64,000 nt of DNA from a virus (taxonomy: Duplodnaviria; Caudoviricetes), in IMG/VR virus record IMGVR_UViG_3300027736_000001, positions 1,311 to 65,310 of that record. One strand, written 5' to 3'. This document shows, in pieces, positions 37,331-47,820 of the stretch (within the stretch, counting starts at the first letter, position 1; every line of letters begins with the position of its first letter). The notes beneath the pieces were generated by a model. The model saw only the letters and a program-made list of their open reading frames with translations, was not told the origin of the DNA and did not search any database. The position numbers and the translations under genes were made by a program.

Positions 37331-38040
37331 ACTACACCGAGTTGTACAACACAATTCAGTCGTACACCGAGAATCAATTCCCCGATGTGTACCTTGCGAG
37401 TGGGAGTACTGTGTCTGCAACGACACAGATAAATACTTTCATCACGCAGGCTGAGCAACGTATATACAACTCGGTTCAGTTTCCATCGTTGCGCAAGAAC
37501 GTAACCGGGTTCACAACCACAAGTAATAAGTACTTGGCTTGCCCGTCTGACTTCTTGGCAACGTATTCAATGGCTGTGATTGCCGCAGACGGCTCATATG
37601 AGTATTTGCTGAACAAAGATGTCAACTTCATCCGTCAGGCATACCCGCAGCCCACAGACACGGCTATCCCGAAGTACTACGCGCTTTTTGGTCCGTCATA
37701 CAGCAACAGCGACGAGTTGTCGTTCATCCTTGGCCCCACGCCTGATGCCGTGTATAACATGGAGTTGCACTACTTCTTCTATCCAGATTCAATCACTGTT
37801 GCTGCTGATGGCCGCACTTGGCTGGGCGACAACTTTGACTCGGTGCTGCTGTACGGGTCTTTGGTTGAGGCATACACCTTTATGAAGGGTGAAGTGGACA
37901 TCATCACCGGCTACAACCAGAAATACATGGAAGCACTTGCATTGGCCAAACGTCTGGGCGATGGGCTTGAGCGCAGCGATGCGTACCGCAGTGGGCAGTA
38001 CCGCACACCCGCACTGCCACAGAATACTGGGGTTGTGTAA
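37327..38040 (+). CDS. Putative tail tubular/adaptor protein
   Basis: FITQAEQRI, PKYYA, GPTPD, LLYGSLVEA. Confidence 0.6.
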   Translation: MNYTELYNTIQSYTENQFPDVYLASGSTVSATTQINTFITQAEQRIYNSVQFPSLRKNVTGFTTTSNKYLACPSDFLATYSMAVIAADGSYEYLLNKDVNFIRQAYPQPTDTAIPKYYALFGPSYSNSDELSFILGPTPDAVYNMELHYFFYPDSITVAADGRTWLGDNFDSVLLYGSLVEAYTFMKGEVDIITGYNQKYMEALALAKRLGDGLERSDAYRSGQYRTPALPQNTGVV

Positions 38041-38462
38041 TGGCGTTTACGGGCAACTACAGTTGCAACACTCTTCGGTCAGGGCTGGCAAGCGGGTCGT
38101 TCAATTTCTCGACGGATACGTTTCGTTTGGCGTTGTACACCAACGCAGCAACGCTTGATGAGACTACCACTGCGTACACTACGGACGGTGAAGCATCGGG
38201 GGGCAATTACGCCGCTGGGGGGCAAGTTGTTACCGCTACTGTAGGCACGGAAACCACCTCCGCTGGAAGCATTGTGTTCATCAATTTCTCATCCCCCGCT
38301 TGGACGGGTGCGATCACTGCCAGGGGTGCTTTGATCTACAAGGCCGGGGCCAATGGCGCTGTGTGCGTCTTAGACTTTGGGTCTAACAAAACATCTACCA
38401 ACACTTTCACTGTGACGATGCCTGCAAACACAAGCACATCGGCACTCATTCGGCTTGTTTAA
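38040..38462 (+). CDS. Tail structural protein
   Basis: FRLALYT...TARGALIY. Confidence 0.6.
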   Translation: MAFTGNYSCNTLRSGLASGSFNFSTDTFRLALYTNAATLDETTTAYTTDGEASGGNYAAGGQVVTATVGTETTSAGSIVFINFSSPAWTGAITARGALIYKAGANGAVCVLDFGSNKTSTNTFTVTMPANTSTSALIRLV

Positions 38463-38471
38463 GGAGCGACC

Positions 38472-39050
38472 ATGTTCAACGATAAAGTTAAATCCAAAGA
38501 TGTTGCCTCAAGCAGCTTGGTTGCTGGTGGCTCCGCCGCTGATAGCGCAAGCGCAAAAGGCGTGTACAAAATCCAGTGCCATGATGCACAAGGAAACTTG
38601 AAGTGGGAAGACGAAGCCCCCAATCTGGTGGTCAACGTCGGTCTGCAAGACATGAACGCCAAGTACTTCACGGGCAGCGCATACACCGCAGCTTGGTACA
38701 TCGGTCTTTATGGCGCAGCCGCCACTAACAACCCCGCCGCTGGTGACACCATGTCTTCCCATGCGGGTTGGACTGAAGTTGTGGCCTACAGCCAAGCCAC
38801 ACGGCCTGCTTGCACGTTTGGAACCCCCACGACTGCTAACCCTTCAGTGGCTACCAACTCAGCTTCACCAGCAACGTTTAGCATCAACGCAACAACGACT
38901 GTGGGCGGGGCTTTCCTGACCAGCAACAGCACCAAGAGTGGTACGACTGGTACGTTGTACTCAGCCGCTGACTTCAGTTCTCCTGGAGATCGTGCTGTCA
39001 CTAACGGTGACACATTGTCCGTAACTTACACACTCAGCTTGGCAGGTTAA
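38472..39050 (+). CDS. Tail structural protein
   Basis: NLVVNVG...GDTLSVTYTL; Thr/Ala-rich. Confidence 0.6.
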   Translation: MFNDKVKSKDVASSSLVAGGSAADSASAKGVYKIQCHDAQGNLKWEDEAPNLVVNVGLQDMNAKYFTGSAYTAAWYIGLYGAAATNNPAAGDTMSSHAGWTEVVAYSQATRPACTFGTPTTANPSVATNSASPATFSINATTTVGGAFLTSNSTKSGTTGTLYSAADFSSPGDRAVTNGDTLSVTYTLSLAG

Positions 39051-39052
39051 TC

Positions 39053-39232
39053 ATGGCAACAACTTTTAAAAAAGGCGACGTTGTTAAGGCGATCGCAGTC
39101 ATCCCCCAAGGCCCGGTGCTTGCTCTGCGTATGAGCGAAGATGGTGTGTTTTCATATCTGATCGAGTGGACGGATACCGATGGAGCAACTCAACAACGCT
39201 GGTTTGAAGAGTCTCAACTGACAGGAGCATGA
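39053..39232 (+). CDS. Small protein (59 aa, MATTFKKGDVV...RWFEESQL)
   Basis: Hand-translated; fills the gap. Confidence 0.6.
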   Translation: MATTFKKGDVVKAIAVIPQGPVLALRMSEDGVFSYLIEWTDTDGATQQRWFEESQLTGA

Positions 39233-39235
39233 TCT

Positions 39236-40048
39236 ATGGCGCTCGTCCTCGCAGACCGGGTAAGGGAAACTACCACCACTACAGGCACTGGCTCTGTAAC
39301 GCTAGGTGGCGCGTACACGGGCTTTCAGACTTTTCTTGCTGGTATTGGCAACAGTAACAGCACCTACTACACCATTGCCAACGTAACCACAGGCGAGTAT
39401 GAGGTGGGGATTGGCACGTACACCACAGCGGGTAACCTACTCTCTCGTACAACTGTCCTAAATTCCAGCAACTCAAATGCGTTGGTAAATTTTGCTGCGG
39501 GATCAAAAGATGTGTTTGTCACACAGCCTGCCGAACGGGCGGTGTACATAGACTCTGCGGGTACTACGGTTGATGTAAACATCCTGGCCGCTTCGGGGGA
39601 CTCATCGTTCAACTCCACGGGTGCGTTAAAAATCTCGGCGGGTACGACAGGCCAGCGGCCTACGGGTGCAGTGGGCAAGATTCGTTGGAACAGCACGTTG
39701 TCCCAGTATGAGGGGTATGACGGCGCAAACTGGACGCTTCTGGGCGGGGCGGTGATTTCCAACGACACAAGCACGGCGAGTAATTTATATCCAGTGTTTT
39801 CCAGCGTCACGACTGGCAACGCTTCCACTTTATATACGGGCAACGCCTATTTGCTGTACAAGCCCTCAACGGGTGAATTGCAATCCAGAGTGCCAGTGGC
39901 AAGCAACGGGATTGTGGTGAACAGTTTGACAGTGGCTACCAGCTACACGATTGCGGCTGGGTACTCAGGCTCATCAACAGGCCCGATCACCGTGTCGAGT
40001 GGTGCAGTCGTGACGGTTTCCAGCGGCTCCCGCTGGGTTGTCATTTAA
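39236..40048 (+). CDS. Tail fibre proximal/adaptor protein
   Basis: MALVLADRVRETTTTTGTG; GKIRWNST..YEGY. Confidence 0.7.
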   Translation: MALVLADRVRETTTTTGTGSVTLGGAYTGFQTFLAGIGNSNSTYYTIANVTTGEYEVGIGTYTTAGNLLSRTTVLNSSNSNALVNFAAGSKDVFVTQPAERAVYIDSAGTTVDVNILAASGDSSFNSTGALKISAGTTGQRPTGAVGKIRWNSTLSQYEGYDGANWTLLGGAVISNDTSTASNLYPVFSSVTTGNASTLYTGNAYLLYKPSTGELQSRVPVASNGIVVNSLTVATSYTIAAGYSGSSTGPITVSSGAVVTVSSGSRWVVI

Positions 40049-40057
40049 GGAAAGAAT

Positions 40058-41869
40058 ATGAGTTCAATTGTTGTTTCAGGCGATACATCAGGGGCAGTGA
40101 CTCTGAGCGCACCAGCAGTGGCTGGTACTGTGACTGTGACCTTGCCGTCCGCATCGGGGACGATGGCTGTGACGGGCGGCTCTCCTTCTTTTGCGGCCCT
40201 GACGGTCACGGGAGATGCCACCATTGATGGACTTACTGTTGGTCAAGGCGGCGGTAATGTAGCCACCAACACTGCGGTGGGTGCTAGTGCTTTGGCGGCA
40301 AATACGACAGGAAATTTTAACGCTGCTGGGGGTTATCAGGCTTTAATTTTGAATGCTGGAGGTCAATATAATACAGCTTTTGGTGCGGTGTCTTTAGCTG
40401 CCAATGCTGGCGGTACAGATAATTCTGCGTTTGGTACTGGCGCTTTAAATGCCAATACATCTGGAAGCTACAACACTGGGCTTGGTCGATCCGCTCTTCA
40501 GTCCAACACCACAGCCTCAAACAACACTGCTGTAGGTTATCAGGCGGGGTATAGCATTACTGGTTCGCAATACAACACTTCAATGGGTTCGGGTGCTTTG
40601 TATTCGCACACAACTGGCAACGGTGCCTTTGGTTACAATGCACTTCGCCTGACAACTACTGCCGAATCTGTTACAGCTGTAGGAACAAACGCTGGGTATA
40701 GCAATACAACTGGTAATTACAACTCTGCTTTTGGTAAAGACGCCCTCTACTCCAACACCACAGCCTCAAGCCTTGTTGCCGTGGGTTATACAGCCGCGTA
40801 TAAAAATACATCTGGCGCAAGCAATGTTGCCGTAGGTGCTTCTGCCCTGTATCAAAATACAACAAGCAGTAACAACACGGCTATTGGCGCAAATGCTTTA
40901 GCAAATATTACAGGCTCAAGCAACACTGGCGTTGGGCAAGGTGTTATGTACAACACAAGCTCTGGCTCATACAACACTGGTGTGGGAGATTCTGCTTTAG
41001 GTAATGTAACTGGAAGCAACAATACCGCAGTTGGGTATCAAGCACTTACAGCCAACACCACAGCCTCATACAACACTGCTGTAGGTTATCAGGCGGGGTA
41101 TAGCCAAACAACAGGGGGAGCTTCTGCTGGATACAACGCTTATTTTGGACAAAACGCAGGATATGCTTCAACTGGATACCAAAATACTTTAATTGGTCGA
41201 AATGCTGGCTCGGCAATAACAACAGGAAACGCCAATACGATTCTTGGTCAGTACAACGGCAACCAAGGCGGCGTAGACATTCGCACAGCAAGCAACATCA
41301 TCGTGCTGTCTGATGGGGATGGGAATCCCCGTGCGTATCGAGATGCTACTACATGGATTCTTAGCGGCGCTACAAAAACATCAGAATATTTTTGGGCTGC
41401 TGGTATAGGAACCGCTGGTGGTCTTTATTTAGGTTCTGCTGGTTCTTCCAATGGTCTTATTTCGCAAGGTTCAAGTGGTACTGGAACGACTACCACATAC
41501 ATTGGTAATGCGGCTATTACAACAGTATCTGATGTTCGATTAAAAGAAAACATTGTTGATACACAGCGCAATGCTCTTAATATTCTTGATCAATTAAGAG
41601 TGGTAGACCATACATGGAATGACCCAAGCGACCAGTGCGAAAACAACCGCAACAGCCGTGGCACATGGATGGGTTTAATTGCTCAAGAAGCACAACCAGT
41701 CATTCCTTGGTTAGTAAACAAGCCAACAGCAGATGTTGACGAAAATGGCGACCCACAATATTGGCACATGGATTACGGCTACGCTGTACCCTTGCTTGTC
41801 AAAGCTATCCAAGAACTCAAAGCAGAGGTTGACAGCCTCAAAGCCCAAATCAACGGAGCATCAGCATGA
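40058..41869 (+). CDS. Tail fibre with NTAVG repeats and C-terminal intramolecular chaperone (peptidase S74)
   Basis: NTAVG..AL repeats; SDVRLKENI...GLIAQE...LVKAIQEL. Confidence 0.85.
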   Translation: MSSIVVSGDTSGAVTLSAPAVAGTVTVTLPSASGTMAVTGGSPSFAALTVTGDATIDGLTVGQGGGNVATNTAVGASALAANTTGNFNAAGGYQALILNAGGQYNTAFGAVSLAANAGGTDNSAFGTGALNANTSGSYNTGLGRSALQSNTTASNNTAVGYQAGYSITGSQYNTSMGSGALYSHTTGNGAFGYNALRLTTTAESVTAVGTNAGYSNTTGNYNSAFGKDALYSNTTASSLVAVGYTAAYKNTSGASNVAVGASALYQNTTSSNNTAIGANALANITGSSNTGVGQGVMYNTSSGSYNTGVGDSALGNVTGSNNTAVGYQALTANTTASYNTAVGYQAGYSQTTGGASAGYNAYFGQNAGYASTGYQNTLIGRNAGSAITTGNANTILGQYNGNQGGVDIRTASNIIVLSDGDGNPRAYRDATTWILSGATKTSEYFWAAGIGTAGGLYLGSAGSSNGLISQGSSGTGTTTTYIGNAAITTVSDVRLKENIVDTQRNALNILDQLRVVDHTWNDPSDQCENNRNSRGTWMGLIAQEAQPVIPWLVNKPTADVDENGDPQYWHMDYGYAVPLLVKAIQELKAEVDSLKAQINGASA

Positions 41870-42180
41870 CAATTTTTACCACCACCATAACTTCAATGTA
41901 CACCTTGCAACAGCCCGACCCCAACTATGTGGTCAACGCTTTGTGGCAGGTCACGGGCGTGGACGGACAATACACCGCCAAGATCGGTGGCAACACCACC
42001 TTTGATTCCAATCAGGCCGAAACTTTCATCCCGTATGCAGACCTGACAGAAGCCATCGTCATTGGCTGGATTCCAGAACAAGCTATGGCAAGCGCACAAG
42101 CCTGTGTGCAGGGCCAGATCGACAGCATGATTACCCCACCTGTCAGCCCACAGAACACCCCTCTTCCTTGGAGCGCATAA
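41866..42180 (+). CDS. Putative fibre assembly protein
   Basis: FIPYADLTE..VIGW; PLPW near C-terminus. Confidence 0.55.
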   Translation: MTIFTTTITSMYTLQQPDPNYVVNALWQVTGVDGQYTAKIGGNTTFDSNQAETFIPYADLTEAIVIGWIPEQAMASAQACVQGQIDSMITPPVSPQNTPLPWSA

Positions 42181-43188
42181 ATGGCCTCATCAATCAACGC
42201 ATCCACTACCGCCGGGGTAGTAACGACTGCTGACACTTCGGGCGTGTTAAACATTCAAACTGCCGGGACAACGGCGATCTCCATTGACGCAAGCCAAGCA
42301 GTATCGTTTACCAACGCACCCACAGTCACAGGCGGCACAGCCAATGGTGTGGCCTATCTCAATGGCTCAAAGGTGCTGACCACGGGTAGTGCGTTGGTGT
42401 TTGATGGTACGAATGTTGGACAAAATGGTGCGGCGAGTGCATGGGCTGGTGCTGGTCGATATGCTTACCAAATCAACGACACAGTTGTTGGTTATTTCTC
42501 CGCAAAAACTAGAGCTGAATTTACCTGCAACTATTACTACAACGGCTCTTTAGATAAATATATCCAAAATGGATACGCAGGTCTGTACTTGATTGACAGT
42601 ACAACTGGAAACCACACTTGGTATACCGCACCAAATAATACTTCTGGTGCTAATGCAACAATGACCACCACCCAAGCAATGACCCTTAACGCCAATGGCG
42701 CATTGGCTTTGCTAGGTGCATCAACATCAGCTACAGGTATCGGCATCACCTTCCCCGCAACTCAATCAGCATCATCTGACGCAAGCACGCTGGATGATTA
42801 TGAGGAGGGGACTTGGACTCCTACATTGGGTGGAACCAGCACGTACACCATTCAAGCTGGAACTTATGTAAAAGTCGGAAAAATGGTTACTGTGTGGTTT
42901 GATTTTGCCGTAGCCGCAATGGGTACTGGTCGCACCAACGGCTCAATTACTGGCTTACCTTTTTCTTCAAGGGTTTCTTCTTATCCACAAGGAATGGGGG
43001 GTTGTATAGGGTACTTTGCTCTTTTAGGTTTAAATGTTTATGCTGTTTTTGCTAGAACTGATAACAACTCATCAACTATTCAAATATCTTGTTCAACAGC
43101 CGCCGCAACTACTGTTAATGATGGGCCAAACATATTTGTAGCAAGTAGCCGAATTACAGGCACTATGACTTATGAAGCAAATGCTTAA
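42181..43188 (+). CDS. Tail fibre/spike protein
   Basis: LDDYEEGTWTP, YVKVGKMVTV, GLPF. Confidence 0.75.
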   Translation: MASSINASTTAGVVTTADTSGVLNIQTAGTTAISIDASQAVSFTNAPTVTGGTANGVAYLNGSKVLTTGSALVFDGTNVGQNGAASAWAGAGRYAYQINDTVVGYFSAKTRAEFTCNYYYNGSLDKYIQNGYAGLYLIDSTTGNHTWYTAPNNTSGANATMTTTQAMTLNANGALALLGASTSATGIGITFPATQSASSDASTLDDYEEGTWTPTLGGTSTYTIQAGTYVKVGKMVTVWFDFAVAAMGTGRTNGSITGLPFSSRVSSYPQGMGGCIGYFALLGLNVYAVFARTDNNSSTIQISCSTAAATTVNDGPNIFVASSRITGTMTYEANA

Positions 43189-43223
43189 TTAAAACAGTTT
43201 GACTATACACAAAGGAGCACACC

Positions 43224-43478
43224 ATGTCACTCACCAAAACCACCGCTGTCGATCAAATCACCGTCACTGAGAACGGCATCGTGCTGTACCGTGAAGCTAC
43301 ACGCATCATGGAAGATGGCAATAAATTGAGCGAAACCTACCATCGCTCTAGCCTCACTCCGGGCCAAGACTTGACGGGAATCCCTGCCAATGTTGCGGCA
43401 ATCTGCAATGTGGCTTGGACTGCTGAAGTCATTGCGGCGTATCAGGCTCAAGTGGCGGCACAATCACAAGGAGCATAA
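43224..43478 (+). CDS. Putative fibre-associated protein
   Basis: YHRSSLTPG..VAAICNVAWT. Confidence 0.55.
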   Translation: MSLTKTTAVDQITVTENGIVLYREATRIMEDGNKLSETYHRSSLTPGQDLTGIPANVAAICNVAWTAEVIAAYQAQVAAQSQGA

Positions 43479-43480
43479 CC

Positions 43481-44773
43481 ATGGCGATCACGCTAGACGG
43501 AACCACTGGGATCACCACCCCAGGACTTACAAACACAGGCTCAACGACCATTGTTGCCCTGACCACCACAGGCAACACCATCCTTGGGGATGCCAGCACA
43601 GACACGCTCAATGTGGGCAACGGCAATCTGGTGACTGATGCAAGCGGGAATGTGGGTGTGGGTGTTACGCCTAGTGCTTGGGCAACCTATAAAGCAATTG
43701 ATGTTTTAGGCTATGCCAGCTTTTCAAGCTACAACGGCAATGAAGCTGATATGTCAACCAATGCGTATTACAACGCAGGATGGAAATATAAAAACACTGC
43801 GGCGGCAACTTTATATCAGCAAGATGCTGGTGTTCATCGTTGGCAATATGCTACTTCGGGTACGGCAGGAAATGCTATTACTTGGACTCAAGCAATGACC
43901 CTTGATGCGTCTGGAAATATGTTTTTGGGTGCCACAAGCGCAAGCATGGGTACGCCTAGATTTTTTGCAACGGGATCAAGAGCAAATGATGGTGTCGTAA
44001 ACTTTCAAAACACCACCAACACAAGTGATGTAAATCACGGCGTTATTAACATAATTAATTCTGCTACTGGTGCGACTGGTAATGATGCCCGTGTCATGTT
44101 TTCATTCAGACAAGTTGGAGCGACTACGGGTCTTGACCCAATGGCTAGTATGGGGGCAGTCAAAGAAGCTGGAGATATGGCGGCGGCTTTGCAATTTAAT
44201 ACTCGATCTGCCAGTGGTTCATATTCTGAAAAAGCCCGTATCGACGCCAGCGGTAACTTGTGCGTTGGAAATACAAACACTGCCCCCGGTTCTGGAAACA
44301 CTGTAACTGGGTGTACGCTTAATGGGGGTTTGGGTATTGGTTATTTTAGTCGCTCAAACGATTCATCTTTAATCATAAATACCAACGCTAATGGTAAAGT
44401 GTCTCGCATTTACCGTTCTGGAAGTGAAGTTGGAGACATTACTGTTACGACTACAACTACATCATTTAATTCAACATCAGATTACCGCTTAAAAACTGTT
44501 GTTGGCGCAGTATCTGATTCTGGCTCTCGCATTGATGCACTTGAGCCTATTGAGTACACATGGAACTCAACTGGTTTACGCACCCGTGGTTTTTTGGCGC
44601 ACAAGTTTCAAGAAGTTTATGCAAATAGCGTAAACGGCACAAAAGACGCTATTGATGCAAATGGAAATCCAGAATACCAATCAATGCAGGCAGGAAGTTC
44701 TGAAGTTATTGCAGACCTTGTTGCTGAAATTCAATCCCTTCGTAAACGCCTTGCGGCACTGGAGTCAGCATGA
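43481..44773 (+). CDS. Tail fibre with C-terminal intramolecular chaperone (S74)
   Basis: MTLDASGN repeats; SDYRLK...GFLAH...LVAEIQSLRKR. Confidence 0.8.
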   Translation: MAITLDGTTGITTPGLTNTGSTTIVALTTTGNTILGDASTDTLNVGNGNLVTDASGNVGVGVTPSAWATYKAIDVLGYASFSSYNGNEADMSTNAYYNAGWKYKNTAAATLYQQDAGVHRWQYATSGTAGNAITWTQAMTLDASGNMFLGATSASMGTPRFFATGSRANDGVVNFQNTTNTSDVNHGVINIINSATGATGNDARVMFSFRQVGATTGLDPMASMGAVKEAGDMAAALQFNTRSASGSYSEKARIDASGNLCVGNTNTAPGSGNTVTGCTLNGGLGIGYFSRSNDSSLIINTNANGKVSRIYRSGSEVGDITVTTTTTSFNSTSDYRLKTVVGAVSDSGSRIDALEPIEYTWNSTGLRTRGFLAHKFQEVYANSVNGTKDAIDANGNPEYQSMQAGSSEVIADLVAEIQSLRKRLAALESA

Positions 44774-44931
44774 TTAAACTGGAACTGCCAATTGACGCTG
44801 TAAACATGATCCTTGGGGCTTTGGGGGAACTTCCATCCAAGACCAATGCAATGGCCCTGATGTTGCTCATCAAAGAGCAGGCCGACCCCCAAGTGCCCAA
44901 AGAAGAACCCATAGCTGAAACTGTGCAATGA
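44770..44931 (+). CDS. Small protein (53 aa, MIKLELPID...)
   Basis: Hand-translated; ATGA overlaps at both ends. Confidence 0.6.
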   Translation: MIKLELPIDAVNMILGALGELPSKTNAMALMLLIKEQADPQVPKEEPIAETVQ

Positions 44932-45854
44932 TCTTTGGAGCAGCGGCATTTGCTCAAGCACCGTTCGCTGCGGCGGCGGGGAACTTCTTCGCTTGTGAAG
45001 TTGCTGAAACTGCCACTGCCACCGACTCCATAGAGGCTCTCGCCACCTTTGCCACCAACTTTGCCGATACTGCAACAGCCACGGACGCTACGGCGTCCAG
45101 CTTCCAAATCAACTCATCGGTCAGTGAAACCTCAACCGCAACGGACAGTACGGCCTCCCTTGTAACGGTCAACGCTGCGGTCGATGAAACAGCCACGGCA
45201 ACGGACACCACTGCTTCCACCGCCACATTTGGCACGGCTGTCAGCGAAACCGCCACAGCCACAGACAACATATCCAGCTTGCCAACCTACGCCGTGTCCA
45301 CCTCCGACACTGCCTCGGCCTCTGATGCCACTGAAGCTGGCGCTGTGTTCACCCCGCAAATCAACGAGACAGCCACGGCAACGGATGCCACTTCGTCCAT
45401 ATTCATATTCCTCTGCGCGGTAGATGAGACCTCAACTGCCACAGACACGCCGTCATCAAAAACCACGTTCCCAACCGCAGTCAGCGAAGCCACATCCGCT
45501 GCCGACACTACTGCATCCAAACACACAGCCATTTGCTCTGTCAGCGAGTCCGTCACTGCCACCGACACAGTAACCACAGCCGCCACAGTCTTGGCGTCCG
45601 TTCAGGAATCCGTCACTGCGGCTGATGCTTTTGTGCGCCGACTGCTCTGGGAGCCGATAGATGACGATCAGTCTCCAGGCTGGACAAGCATCCCTGCAAC
45701 GGTGACAATCAGCGATGTAGCCACATTTGGTAGTTTGGTGTTTGGGGATGTGTCTATAGCGGGTCAATTCAACGAGACCTGGGCACCTGACAACTCCCAG
45801 TGGACTCAAATCAATGACACGCAAACCCCCACATGGACAGAAGTTGTTCAATAA
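44928..45854 (+). CDS. Thr/Ala-repeat virion protein
   Basis: ~20-aa repeats V(S/D)ETATATD; MIFGAAAFAQAPFA N-terminus. Confidence 0.65.
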   Translation: MIFGAAAFAQAPFAAAAGNFFACEVAETATATDSIEALATFATNFADTATATDATASSFQINSSVSETSTATDSTASLVTVNAAVDETATATDTTASTATFGTAVSETATATDNISSLPTYAVSTSDTASASDATEAGAVFTPQINETATATDATSSIFIFLCAVDETSTATDTPSSKTTFPTAVSEATSAADTTASKHTAICSVSESVTATDTVTTAATVLASVQESVTAADAFVRRLLWEPIDDDQSPGWTSIPATVTISDVATFGSLVFGDVSIAGQFNETWAPDNSQWTQINDTQTPTWTEVVQ

Positions 45855-45863
45855 GGAAAACCA

Positions 45864-47372
45864 ATGAGTACGTATTCATCAAGTCTTCGGATAGAACTTC
45901 CCAGTGATGGCACCCAGGCGGGTACGTGGGGAGACACGACCAACAGTAATCTGGCATACATCCTAGACACATCCGTTGCCGGGTACCAGACGGTCAGTGT
46001 CACTGCCGCCAGCCAAGCCCTGACATTTACCAACGGCCCAACGTCCACGGCAGCAAGCAATCAAGCTGTGTATGCCATGTTGCGGTTCACCACCACGACT
46101 GGGGCAGCTTTTGCTGTCTATGCGCCGCCAAACTCCAAGGCATATATTATTTGGAACAACAGCGGATACTCGTTGACCATCTACAACTCGACTGTGATTG
46201 GCAATACCACAGCAGCGGGTACTGGGGTTACGGTTACCAATGGCTCCAAAATCATGGTCTGGTCTGATGCAACCAATTTCTATGAACTGCAAGCAGCCAA
46301 TCTGACAGGTACTTTGGCCGTTGCCAATGGTGGTACGGGCGCAACCACAGCAGCCAGCGCAAGAACAAACTTAGGGTTAACCATTGGTACGGATGTTCCA
46401 GCCCCCACCGGTACGGGCGCATCTGGTACTTGGGGCATTTCTATCTCTGGCAACGCTGCCACGGCCACGAACGGACTGACTACAGGCAATTACAACAGCT
46501 ATGCACCTACGCTGACAGGCACGGGGGCGTCGGGTACTTGGGGTATTAGCATTTCTGGCAACGCTGCCACTGCCACAAACGGTTTAACTACAGGTAACTA
46601 CAACAGCTACGCGCCTACGCTGACAGGCACAGGTGCGTCGGGTACATGGGGCATTTCTATTTCTGGCAACGCTGCCACCGCCACAAGTGCAACTTCGGCT
46701 ACAAACGCCACCAATGCAACAAACGCAACCAATTCAACTTATGCCACAAACCCGGCATCTGGTGGGTCTTTCATAACTTCCAGCAACATTGCTTCCCAGT
46801 CTGTTGCCTCTGCTACAAACGCCACCAATGCAACAAACGCCACAAACGCTACGAACGCTACCAACTCAACCTATGCTACAAATCCAGCTTCGGGCGGGTC
46901 TTTCATAACTTCCAGCAACATTGCTTCACAGTCCGTTGCTTTTGCTACAAACGCCACCAATGCAACAAATGCTACCAATGCAACAAGTGCTACTAACGCA
47001 ACAAGTGCAACCACTGCCACAACTGCCACAGCCCTTACCACGGCTTCAGGCTCAGCCCCTTCATACTCCGCCAGAGCGTGGATTATGTATGACGATACTG
47101 GCGCTTCACCCACAATTACAGCCAGCGCTAATGTGAGCAGTATTACGGACGGGGGGGCTGCAATAGTTACTATTAACTTTTCAACAGCCATGCCAGACGC
47201 CAATTATGTTGTTCTAGGTTGCGCCAGTGATGACAATGCGGCAAATCGTGGGGTCAATGTTTTTGGAACACCCGCAGCAAATCAGTTGGCAGGTAGTGTA
47301 AAAATTACCACTTACACCCCATTTTCAGGGGCAAGCCCAGCAACGGGCACATACGTTGCAATAATCCGATAA
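45864..47372 (+). CDS. Tail fibre protein with internal repeats
   Basis: GTWGDTTN N-terminus; GTGASGTWGISISGNAATA x3; ATN tripeptide runs; SARAW..FSTAMPDANY C-terminus. Confidence 0.8.
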   Translation: MSTYSSSLRIELPSDGTQAGTWGDTTNSNLAYILDTSVAGYQTVSVTAASQALTFTNGPTSTAASNQAVYAMLRFTTTTGAAFAVYAPPNSKAYIIWNNSGYSLTIYNSTVIGNTTAAGTGVTVTNGSKIMVWSDATNFYELQAANLTGTLAVANGGTGATTAASARTNLGLTIGTDVPAPTGTGASGTWGISISGNAATATNGLTTGNYNSYAPTLTGTGASGTWGISISGNAATATNGLTTGNYNSYAPTLTGTGASGTWGISISGNAATATSATSATNATNATNATNSTYATNPASGGSFITSSNIASQSVASATNATNATNATNATNATNSTYATNPASGGSFITSSNIASQSVAFATNATNATNATNATSATNATSATTATTATALTTASGSAPSYSARAWIMYDDTGASPTITASANVSSITDGGAAIVTINFSTAMPDANYVVLGCASDDNAANRGVNVFGTPAANQLAGSVKITTYTPFSGASPATGTYVAIIR

Positions 47373-47383
47373 AAGGACGCATC

Positions 47384-47587
47384 ATGACAAAACACATTAT
47401 TTACCCAACAGATGAAGGCGGCGTGGCTGTAGTCACTCCCACGCCTGAGTGGTTGTCCCACGCAGGAAACACAATAGAAGCGCTTGCGGCCAAAGACGTT
47501 CCTGCGGGCAAACCCTTTAAGATAATTAATGTGGCAGACCTACCTACTGACCGTACATTTCGGGACGCATGGGAGTATCAAGCATGA
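47384..47587 (+). CDS. Fibre-associated small protein
   Basis: AKDVPAG...LPTDRTFRDAW. Confidence 0.6.
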   Translation: MTKHIIYPTDEGGVAVVTPTPEWLSHAGNTIEALAAKDVPAGKPFKIINVADLPTDRTFRDAWEYQA

Positions 47588-47817
47588 GCATAGTAATCAA
47601 CATTACGAAAGCAAAAGCCATTGCGCACGGGCTACGCCGAAACGCCCGTGAAAAAGAATTTAAGCCCTATGACGAGATCATAATGAAGCAAATTCCAGGC
47701 AACGACTACGTTGCAGCAGAAGCGCGGCGTCAAGAATTAAGAGAAAAATACGAGGCGATGCAGATGGCTATTGATACTGCTACAACCATTGACAAAATTA
47801 AAACAGCTTTGGGGTAA
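47584..47817 (+). CDS. Fibre-associated small protein
   Basis: ATGA-coupled; INITKAKAIAH..RRNAR. Confidence 0.6.
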   Translation: MSIVINITKAKAIAHGLRRNAREKEFKPYDEIIMKQIPGNDYVAAEARRQELREKYEAMQMAIDTATTIDKIKTALG

Positions 47818-47820
47818 CAA

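Noticed and set aside
40058-47372. Diversity-generating retroelement in the fibre genes
   Set aside because: No reverse transcriptase and no template/variable repeat pair with adenine-specific differences
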